Positions 53,407-64,000 of a stretch of 64,000 nt of DNA are shown in pieces (within the stretch, counting starts at the first letter, position 1; each line of letters begins with the position of its first letter). The notes beneath the pieces were generated by a model. The model saw only the letters and a program-made list of their open reading frames with translations. It did not search any database and was not told where the DNA came from. This DNA is from Flaccisagitta enflata (lineage: Eukaryota): positions 41,850,001-41,914,000 of the forward strand of contig OZ231126.1 of the NCBI GenBank assembly GCA_965153355.1, written 5' to 3'. A program made the translations under genes and the position numbers.

Positions 53407-55585
53407 TTTTAGTTGCATGCTACACAACTCTACACCCTGTCCTTTGGTCCGCCGGTTGGTCGATTGGTTGGTCAGTTGGTTGGTCAAATGGTTGGTCACC
53501 TTTTGGGCAGCGGCCCCGAAGGAGTCAATGACCTATGCTTTCACACATATGGGGAATTTTTCTCCTTCTCCTCCTCCTTCACCGTCCCCCCCATTAAATC
53601 CCAGTCTCGAGGCCCGAATTCCAGTCTAGAGGCCCAAATCCCAGTCCTCCTCCTACTCCTTCTTCTCCATTCTCCCCCTCCAATCCCAGTCTTGATGCCC
53701 AAATTCCAGTCTCGAAGCCCAAATCACAGTCTTGAGGCCCAAATCCTAGCCCCAAGGCCCAAATCCTAGCCTAAAGGCCAAAATCCTAGCCTGGAGGCCC
53801 AGATCCCAGCCTTGAGGCCCAAATCTCAGCCTCGAAGTCCAAATCCCAGCCAAGAGGCCCAATCCCAGGAGGAGGAGGAGGAGGAGAAGGAGAAAATTCC
53901 CCATATGGCAGGGCACGGGTACTGCTGACCATCTGGCGCTTTTGCGACTATTTACTTTTTTGGCATTTTTTTGCTTTTTCAGCCTACTGCTCCTGCCCAA
54001 ATGTGTAAGTGACCTTCTCCAGCACTGCACCTGCCCACCCCCCACACGACTGGGGTAGCCATGTATCCGGCCTTGTTTTTGCTGGTTTTCACACCTCGCA
54101 AATTGAGTCCAGGCCAACTAGTTAAGATATATCACGTTTTGCTAGCTTTTGAGGATAAAAAGCTAGGAGTGAAGTTGACTTTTACTGTACCTTTGATGTT
54201 TACTGCATCGCCATTTTTGGATCAAATTGATGGAAATTCATGAGCTTTTGTAAGTTTTTTGAAAGATCTCTTAAATGAGACCAACCGCTTTTTAGTAGCT
54301 TTTAACCAAAAAAAGTTATAGGCCAACAAAGATTACAGTTAAAATGATGAAAAAGCTTGATTTTGTTCTGTACTTTGGGAGATCACTGTACAGCCGTTTT
54401 TGAACCAAATCAATTAAAATTCATGAGCTTCTGAAAGATTTTCAAAAGATCGTTCAGATGAGACCAATCGCGTTTTACTAGCTTTTACCGATAAAAAGTT
54501 ATAAGCCAACAAAGTTGATGGGTCAAATGATGCTAAAGTATGATTTTTACTGTACTTTGGGAGATCACTGTACCGCCATTTCTGAACCAAATCAATTAAA
54601 ATTCATGAGCTTCTGAAAGATTTTCAAAAGATCTTTCAGATGAGACCAACCGCGTTTTACTAGCTTTTACCGATAAAAAGTTATAAGCCAACAAAGTTGA
54701 TGGGTCAAATGATGCTAAAGTATGATTTTTTACTGTACTTTGGGAGATCACTGTACCACCATTTCTGAATCAAATAAATTAAAACTCATGAGCTTCTAAA
54801 ACATTTTCAAGAGATCTTTCAGATGAGACCAACCGCGTTTTACTAGCTGTTACCAATAAAAAGTTGTAAGCCAACAAAGTTGATGGGTCAAATGATGCTA
54901 AAGTATGATTTTTTACTGTACTTTGGGAGATCACTGTACCGCCATTTCTGAATCAAATCAATTAAAATTCATGAGCTTCTGAAAGCTTTTCAAAAGGTCT
55001 TTCAGATGAGACCAATCAGATTTTTGGCAATTAAAGCGTTTAGAAGCTATAAGCAAACAAAGGTAAGGTATTCAGCCAGCAAAAATCACAACAACCCCCA
55101 AAACTTCATTTATACTGTTTTTTGTCCAAAAACCCAAATAATACCAATTTTTTTGCAGAATCCCACTAAATAGGATGTATTTTTGCCAAAAAAATCAACA
55201 ATTTTGATTTTTGTCATTTTTTACGACCACCTCCATCAGGGGGTGATTTTTGGCCAATTTGGCCACCATACCCCCACCCCATGGGTCACCCCACCCAACT
55301 ACCCACCTGACTACCTACCTTTATGTTTTTTGTGTCCAACGAGCCCAAAAACGATGCTTGATGATAAAAATTCAACTGCTTTTGCATTTTTCTAAAGTGG
55401 GGGGTGGGAAATCAATTTTGGCCTTTTTTGGCCTTTGGTGGCCATCTTTCAGTGCGACGGGCAGTCCGGGGGTGGCTCAAAAATGCCAAACGAGGGTTTC
55501 CCCTTGTTTTACATATGGTAACCCGTACCAAAACATCTGCAGAGCATGTTCAATCAATTTTATGCAATTCTTGAACACGCCATTG
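50924..55585. mobile_element. Foldback-type structure: ~1.5-1.7-kb inverted arms containing ~183-bp tandem repeats
   Basis: 50924-~52389 is the reverse complement of ~53907-55585 (mirrored ORFs 50889-51260- and 55250-55651+ confirm). TA at both outer ends. Anchor GGTCTCATCTGAAAG recurs every ~183 bp in both arms. Confidence 0.88.
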
Positions 55586-55914
55586 TACGGGGTCCGATGG
55601 CTGACAAGCATTTCTCCCCAAGCGTTACTACGAGGGGTGTATGTATGGTGAGTGTTTTCCCTTCTACGAGTAAGGCTTGCACGAATAAAGCCTGGCACAG
55701 AGGCCTGAGCCGTGAGGTTGAAATTAAGTGCATAGAATATATATAATGTTTCTCCTCTTTCGTTTTTTTTCCCATTCGTTGAAGAGGAAGTTTAGATTAA
55801 GCTTTCAGGAGGAAAACCACAACTCTTTGGCTTTTGTAGGCAAAGAAGGAATCATGAAGTGAGAATGAGGAGCGCGGTAACTGCAGCTTGTCGGTTGGTG
55901 GTCAGACATGACCT

Positions 55915-56237
55915 CGTTGCTTAGAAGGATCGCAAATAGTAGCTTCTTAGCTTATAGAGGTGTTAGACTCCTATATATTGGCTTAATCATATCAAAGCAG
56001 TCATGCAATATGTGACATTGCGGCACCAATACAGGTAATACAGTGACGACCGAGCACGTCTACTTGCTTCGCCATGTTTAATTGTAGGATTCAAAATTGA
56101 GTCGTCACTGTATTACCTGTATTAGTTCCGCAATGTCACATATTGCATGACTGCTTTGATATGATTAAGCCAATATATGAAGAGTCTAACACCTCTTCAA
56201 GCTAAGAAGCTACTATTTGCGATCCTTCTAAGCAACG
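55915..56237. mobile_element. Palindromic MITE with ~136-bp arms
   Basis: 55915-56050 is the near-perfect reverse complement of 56101-56237, with a 50-bp spacer. Confidence 0.85.
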
Positions 56238-56529
56238 TGACGTGAATCGTATAACGTTTGCGTAATGGACCGACCCACTGGCGGACAGACGGACGGACAG
56301 ACGCGTTCGGTCATAGAGGTGTTTGGGCGTCAGCTTCACGTCAACAGGATCTGCATCACGGGGCCGCCGCCCAGAAAAGTGATATCCATAAAGCTGGGCT
56401 TAAAAAAGACTAAAAAAGACTGAGAAAGCTGAAAACGGAGGAAGAGCCGCGTTTAAAAAAGGTGTGAAAGACGCGAAGAAAGGCTTTAAGATGAAAAGAA
56501 TAGAGGAATATATATTTGAAGGGGCTTTG

Positions 56530-56618
<89 letters not shown>

Positions 56619-56626
56619 AGTACTAA

Positions 56627-56895
56627 GGGCGTGTTTCTAGCGAGCGCCAAAAACGCGTTTGTTCCCGTAAAACGCGATAACAGCGTGAACACATATTCAA
56701 GAAATTTAACTGTCCCATGAGGGAGTGAGCAAAGTGAGTGAGCGAGCCAATGAACGGAGTGAGCGAGCGAAGCGAGCATAGCGAAGCGGAGCGCTGCAGA
56801 GCGAGTGAGCGGAGTGAGTGGTGCGAGCGAACGAACGTAGCGAGCGACCGAGTGGTCCGTTCAAAACGCGATCGTCTTTGACAAGAAACGCCCCC
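56627..56895 (-). mobile_element. PIF/Harbinger (Tourist-like) MITE, copy 2
   Basis: TAA on both flanks. Ends GGGCGTGTTTCTAG and AAGAAACGCCCCC. Confidence 0.75.
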
Positions 56896-56921
56896 TAAGT
56901 GCAGAGATGCTCACAGAGGAT

Positions 56922-57013
<92 letters not shown>

Positions 57014-57032
57014 CGCGCACTCACTCACGCTG

Positions 57033-57077
<45 letters not shown>

Positions 57078-57399
57078 AACATGCACACTAACACCAACAC
57101 ACACACTTACACTAACACACAACCTCAAAAACACGCATAAAGTCACAACACTCGCGCGATTCTGTCGGAGTTCGAGTTGTGAAATCCCAGCAAAAACCAC
57201 CTACCAACCAATTGCAACGAACTACTCTGATAACTTGTAGAGAGTCCTATAGAATTTGGAAATCACAACAGCAAAATGTAATTTCGTTCTTCCGTCAATT
57301 TTTGTGCAAAAAACGATCAAAAACCGGCTCAACCGAGACGACAGAAACGAATGGAAAAGACAGCGGGAAATAAGTATTGTGTGAACTTTTGCGAGAGAG

Positions 57400-57453
<54 letters not shown>

Positions 57454-59312
57454 GAGACGGATATATGCATAGTTACAGACATGAAATCTTTTGAACAGTT
57501 AAAAAAAAATGCAAAAAGACCATTTAACCGTTGACAGTCAGGGACCACGCCACTGTCCGCCAGATCACGGAAAATAACTTGTATAATCATTTTTTCAGTG
57601 GCGTACACGCAAATCTATGAGAGGCTTTGTTTGTCCGTCGGTCCGTTGGTCCATACATCTCGCTCGAGTTTAAAAACGCGAAAAATGCGCGTTAAATGAG
57701 CTGCATTTGCTATTGTGCATGTGTATGAGTGTGAGGAAGGAAGGTTTAAGGTTGGGGTGGGATGAGACTGGGGGTTGGATGCCAATGTCAGCTACCAACC
57801 CGTCCACAACGTTATTGTGACACAGTGTTATTTTTTCAGAAAGACTTAATTTACATGATATCTCTAGTGCTATTTATAATTTCTTCCTCGCTGCTTACAG
57901 TAGTTTGTCGCACAATTTTTGCAGCAGTAAATGGTAAATCTATCAGATGCAGTTAAAGGTAGCGTGCTGCAGGTTTTTTAACAACAATTGTATTTATTTT
58001 CTAGGCTAAAATTAACACCTGTTTACTAATTATTGAGACGGTAATGTTTCGAAAGAATGTATTTTTTAACTAATCTCTGAAATCCCTGAAATCCCTGAAA
58101 TTGGGTATTAGTTAAGTGTTTTCCAGTATATTCTACTTTATTTTCTGCATTTAACCCCAATTTGGATGCTTATTTTCAACTAAATCACCTCTTGACGACC
58201 AGCCAACAACACATAGGCATCGTTTTTTTCATAACTTTGGTCTGAATTTTGAGGGGGTTGCCCTTTGAGGAATCAATTAAAATCCATGGGCAAATCAAAG
58301 AACTGCTCGTAAGCTGTTTAGTCGTGAAATCCGCATCTGATTATCTTTATCTATATAGATTTGCCAAGCATCTGAAGTTGGTGTGGTTTTTCCGTTAATA
58401 TTGCAGTGATTTGCATGGGTAATGTTTTTACTGTTCTTAATCCTGAATGATTTTGTCTGAAGCAATCTGGATGAAATTCATGAGAAAAATGAAGATTTTT
58501 TTCAAGCTCTAACAGAAGAAAAAATCCGCACGTAGCTAAGTGTCACCATTTAGACTTGACGGTTGTTTGATTTTGGGACAATAATTGTTAAACAGGTGTT
58601 ATAAGCTTTCCCCGGCATTAAATGTATTTAAAATGGCGATATGTTCTCAAACGGATATTCCGCAGCTAAATTTCGCAGTAAGCCTCCAACCAGGGGCGAG
58701 GCTTCCAAACATGGAACGAGAAAACGTGATACAAAAAGAGCATTGCGATAGACGTGGAGAATAGAGAAAAACAAGGATTTTTTTTGGCATTTCAAAAATC
58801 AATGATAGACCTTCGTCCTTTTCAAACCCTCACTAGAAATACCATCAATTGCATCACCTCACAGATTCTAATCATCAATGGGATACCAAATAACAACTGT
58901 TAACCAGTTTATTTATCATATGTCATTAGTGGGTATTTCTTAAAATTCTTCCGCATTGATTTTTCAAACTCGGTAATTACGTCAATATGCAAATAAGTAT
59001 GATATTCATGTTGCAACCTGCAAGTAGATCGTTGTTCATGAAGGGCTAACGTTGCTATTTACATCGGGGATTCCTTCTTTGATTTCTCTTTTAGTGTCTT
59101 TTGAGATTACCTGTTTGACCAGCGGCCCGAAGGGCTGATGTCCTGTTAAACTCGAGGACGACCCAGCCCTTTCAGACTTAAAGTCAGTTCCCTCAGATCT
59201 GACATCAGCTCTGTCAGACATAAATTTATCCTTCCTCAGCCTGAAATCCGCCCTTATAGCAATGGGGTAGGACAACTGGTACCGCTGAACATGTGCAAGT
59301 GGGAATGCCTTC

Positions 59313-59350
<38 letters not shown>

Positions 59351-61105
59351 TCAGAGAGAGAGAGAGACAGAGAGAGAGAGATACAGCCTGACAAGGGCGG
59401 AGACAGTTACGTGCAGAGATGCAGACGTTAAATCTTTCGAACAAACAAAAAACAAATACAGACAGGCCAACTAACTGCCAAACCAGAATTTCCTTTCCCT
59501 GACGAATGTAACACTTCACAGATGTAACGCTTAATTTCCTTCGCTTCCATATGTCGCGCCACAAATTGCCAGCCTAATCTTGCAAGATGATGGATGATAC
59601 TTTTTCCCGCCTGTCGAGAATTAAACGGTAGGTTGCCTCTCAATGCCAGAATTTCATAAAAATGGAAAACGATTCAACTCCTAATCACGTCATTGATCAT
59701 CGACAGTCACAGGCCAAGACAAGAATCATGGGCTATTATACACCGCGAAAATTCGCGCTTCTTATTTAGTGGCTTTTTTCCATGCTTTTTTTGTCACTGG
59801 TTATTTCCCCTTACTCCCTTCCTTTATCTTTTGTTTCTCTCATTTTATCAATTTTTCCTCAGTTTCTACTATTGGAGGTTGCGTGTTCTTCTGTATGATG
59901 CATTCAAAATCACATTGTATCCTGTGATGCATCCAAAATTACGTTGTATCCCTAAATACATTTCACACCAAGCCTACAACATGGGGCGAGGCGCTTCCGA
60001 AAATGATGCGAGATATACAAACATCGGAGGCCATAATCCGTCGATCAAGTGCACAACTTTCCCATAAGAAAATGAAAACCATGTTTCTCTGGAATATGTC
60101 AAAAAGTCGAAGACTGACTTCAACTTTTTTCCCGATAAATACTCGCAGGAGCATGAGGGTAGGATGTGAACTGAACAAGGTCGGGTACATAATGGTAACC
60201 TTAGTCACATGTGGGTGGGCAGGGGGAATGATGTGGGAGACTACTCGTTTGGCAAGATCGACGATGCAAAAACAAAACGCACTTAATCAACAAATGTGAC
60301 CGACAAACCGATGCGATGGACCGATGGACTTAAAGACGGACTGAAAAATTGGTTATAGATTCGCATAGCACGCGACTTTAAGAAGGAACCGACGCTCGCG
60401 GGTAAACTTGAGTGATAAACTTCATCAAGAATCATCAAAGAGTCATTACAAATGGGCGCCCCAACGAAGAATCATTACATAAAACCGGCTGCCATAATAA
60501 AAATCTAACGTTTTGGGGAGGGAAAGTTTTCCGCATCGTTTGGCTCATTTTCACTTATTACTTAAACTCATCATCTTACATGCGAGTTTCCTCGCTTAAT
60601 CTAAGCAGTATACGTTAACATGGATGAAGAGGTGCAAACTGCCTTGGGCCTTCAGCGCCCAGCACTAATATCAAGTCCGACAGCGAATATACCATCTAGC
60701 TCATATATATACGGACAGCTGGATGAAAATTAGCATATTGACACACTGAATGAAAAATATATCTAAATGAATCAATTTTTAGTCATTATATGGTATTTTG
60801 ATCTATCAACTGCTTTTGTTTCAAGTTTCTATTTGATTGGTCAATGATTTTTTTACTTAAATCAGTGTATCATTGATTTTTTTAAAAAGCATCAAAAACC
60901 ATTGATTTTTTTTTGTTTTCTTTTGATATACTAGCATAATTTTAGAGCAATACATTTAACTACAGCCTTCAATGTTTTCAACATTCAAAAAAATTTGTAA
61001 AAATCGGATCTGATGAGGTCAAGCAGAATGATTTTTGCTAATCCGTTTGGATTTAAGAGATCTTTCTTTATAGGTTGTCCTTTGTAGATATGAACTTAAC
61101 ACCTC

Positions 61106-61179
61106 GAGAAAATGAGCTTGTTACGGGTTTATACATGTGCAAGAGCACATGTATAAACCCGTAACAAGCTCATTTTCTC
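61106..61179. repeat. Perfect 35-bp inverted repeat with 4-nt loop
   Basis: GAGAAAATGAGCTTGTTACGGGTTTATACATGTGC-AAGA-GCACATGTATAAACCCGTAACAAGCTCATTTTCTC. Confidence 0.95.
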
Positions 61180-61605
61180 AAGCAATATGATCTGTGTATG
61201 CAATAACTATCAAAGAACTTAACACCTCTTAATTCGATGTTAGTAAAAGGACAATTTTTCCTCAAAACGCTGTCATTTGAAAACAGATTGAGCTACTAAG
61301 CTCTGCTTGGTCTTGAATTGTAGATTTTTTGTCATATTTTATGGATCTGCTTTCATTTTTCTATTGGATATTGAAGTTTAGTTGCTATGATCATGAGTAG
61401 GTGTCCGTATATTTATGAGCAAGATAGTAAGTCTAATAGCAATGATACCATTTTTGTTGTTTTGCCAAAAACTACAAGTTTCAACTCTTTTTTGTCACAT
61501 AACTTTTCAAAAATAGCAAGATAGATGGACAGATGATGCATGAGTCATGATGTTTTCTCATATTATTTATGAATACCTCTTTATCATATCTTCTAATTTA
61601 GAAGG

Positions 61606-61827
61606 TTTTTAGTCGTTGCCTAAGCGACTCTATAAGAGGCTCTGTCTTTCCGGAACGCGAAACTTTGGATGATGCGAAATCGGCTGAAAAACGGATTTCT
61701 GACCATCAGAGCTCCTACCTGGCCTCAATACAGCCCCCGCCCACCCGCATACTGCCCCTGCCCACTCGCATTACTGCCCCTGCCTACCAGCAGCAACTAC
61801 TGATTGGCCGTGTATCCGGCCTTGTTC
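61606..61827 (+). mobile_element. Helentron/DINE-like short element
   Basis: TTTTTAGTCG...CGACTCTATAAGAGG start and GGCCGTGTATCCGGCCTTGTT end. Confidence 0.7.
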
Positions 61828-62124
61828 TCTTAAGTTTAACAGGCTTCTCAGTCCAACAATTAGGGCATTCCAACAGATTCAAGGCAGCATTCATGAATAA
61901 AAGTATATAACGCAGATGTGACAGAATCGGAATCAATGGAAAAATGGCGAGCACAAACTAAAAGTCAAGAGCCTGACAAGTTTCCTGCAAAAAAAGTCAA
62001 GGGCGATAAGAAAAGATCCACCAGGAAAGATGTTATCATGAGTGTAAGGTTAATGTTAAATGTCACGTACAAACTCGAGGACGCGGGAATATGGAAAAAG
62101 ACACTAATGAAAAAAAAGAAAGAA

Positions 62125-62740
62125 AACTAGTCATCCAAGGATCGCACATGGTCAGCGGTACCCGATGCCCTGCTTGGAGTGATTGGCTAAAGAAGCTGAG
62201 TGGGAGCAGGGCAGCGGCCCCAAAGGGCCGATGTCCTGTAGGACACAGGGGTGAATTTCCAGACGTCCTGAGAAAGCACATTTAAGGACTGAGTTGATTG
62301 ATTGCAGAACAGTAATGAGATAAGGGATGAGGGCAGATTTGAACCTGAGAGGGTCATTTTGAAAGCTGAATTTAGACAGATTTTAGGTTTGAGAGATCTG
62401 ATTTCAGGCCTGAAATGGTTGATTTTGGGCCTGACAAGGCTGATCTAGTACCTTAGAGGGCTGATTTTGGGCTTGAGTGAGCTAATCTAGGATCTAGAAG
62501 GGCTTATTTTGGGTCTGAGAGGGGTGATTTTGGGTCTGAGAGGGCTGACTTGGGGCCTGAGAGGGCTGACTTGGGGCCTGAGAGGGCCGATTTGGTGTCT
62601 GAGAGGGCTGATTTGGGGCCTGAGAGGGGCCTTGGGTAGGGGGGGACGTACGGACGGACGGACGGACGGATGTACGGACGTCTGAAAATTCATCCCTGTG
62701 TCCTACAGGACATCGGCCCTTTGGGGCCGCTGCCCAAAAA
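62125..62740 (-). mobile_element. Helentron-associated element, same family as 15683-16490
   Basis: GGGCAGCGGCCCC...GTCCTGTAGGACACAGGG and its inverted copy ending GGGGCCGCTGCCCAAAAA. (GGAC)n tract and 21-bp GGCCTGAGAGGGCTGATTTGG tandem units. Confidence 0.7.
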
Positions 62741-63152
62741 GGGATGGATACCAGAATAAATGATCACCTTGGGAAAGACGAAGGAAAAATGAGAGAAAAA
62801 TAAATCTTGATGGGATGACTCTTTGGGGAATGGGGAAAACAGTAGAGTGGATGAGTGAAGTCATTGGTGATTGCATATGCGATGAAGTCAGTCAACGAAG
62901 GAACTTCAAGGAAAGAATCAGTAACTGAATGATTGAATAACAAGAACAAAATTGAAAATGTGACGGGTCTTTTGTGAGAAAAGGTTTGTAAAGGGACAAA
63001 CATTTATTGCTTATTTACCTATACTCGTGAAAAGTATTGCTGAAGTTGTATACATTATATCAATCTGTTATCAATCTGTGTCTACTGTTTTTGCATAAGC
63101 ATATGTGTTACGGACCGATCGATCCTCTCTCAGGATTTTGACCTCGAGATAA

Positions 63153-63320
63153 AACAAGGCCGGATACACGGCAATCCAGTCGCGGACGGTTGGGCAGGAG
63201 CAGTAATGCAAAAACCGCTCGGAATTCAAAAATGTGACCTACCGACCGACTGACCGACTGACCTACCGACCTACCGACCGACACGGCAAGGTGTAGAGTC
63301 GCGTGTACGCGACTAAAAAA
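63153..63320 (-). mobile_element. Helentron/DINE-like short element
   Basis: AACAAGGCCGGATACACGG start, (ACCG)n tract, AGTCGCGTGTACGCGACTAAAAAA end. Confidence 0.65.
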
Positions 63321-63888
63321 GTCCATCCTCCTCGACCTCACTCGACGGTGAGAGCCATCAAACATCTTTCAGCCTCTCACGTCCACGAGCGTTAGTAGTA
63401 TATATCATGATTTCTAGTACAGCATAAAGAAATAATAGAAACAAAAAACAACTTGCGCTAGCGTTAGAGCCCGTCGAGGTGTGACCGGAATACAAATCGG
63501 TCTTTGAGGACCAAAGAAACGGAGAGACTGCTACTGTTAGCTGACAACAAATACATCAGAGGATTGGAAAGACAAAAGAAGCCTCAAGACTGATGACGGC
63601 AGAACGAAATTCGTGTACTGACTACTGAACTGTTCGTATACAATAGTCTACAGTCTACAGTATATCTAGTCTATACTCCACAGTAAGAAAGGGGCATGAA
63701 GTTATGAAACTTATAATTTTGTCTCACTAGGATGCATACACCATTCATAGGCACATTTGCATGTTGGGCATGCTTTCATGAAATCCTACGATTTGCATAA
63801 TAAAGTTGCATGCAACTCAATTAGCTCAAGGACCTAGTATCTCTATCAACGTTGAAATAGCTTCACACTTTTTTGTGCCTGTCTTTGA

Positions 63889-63991
<103 letters not shown>

Positions 63992-64000
63992 TGTGTGTGT

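Noticed and set aside
50889-55651. Duplicated 123-133 aa gene pair in opposite orientation
   Set aside because: The ORFs are mirror images from the foldback arms, with no recognisable domain or splice structure.

Overview
Repeat-rich, intron-rich animal (probably spiralian invertebrate) genomic DNA. Three host genes can be rebuilt exon by exon with consistent splice phases. (1) A + strand opsin: 10 visible exons, 14319-22119, retinal-binding Lys present, most like a xenopsin, start exon not found. (2) A complete 10-exon GH27 alpha-N-acetylgalactosaminidase (NAGA-type) gene, 25794-30074, + strand. (3) The 3' five exons of a pentameric ligand-gated ion channel on the - strand (49952-33122) that lacks the Cys-loop cysteines (Cys-less/Pro-loop type). 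Bases 693-13768 are a full-length BEL/Pao LTR retrotransposon with ~910-bp LTRs, a frameshifted gag-pol and an unexplained ~3.4-kb region after integrase that looks spliced. It is nested in a TIR element, itself inside a Helentron/DINE-like repeat, probably all within an opsin intron. The rest is MITEs, a 4.7-kb foldback-type inverted repeat, a LINE RT fragment, Helentron-like elements with internal minisatellites and long microsatellites. Family assignments rest on motifs recognised by eye; no searches were run.
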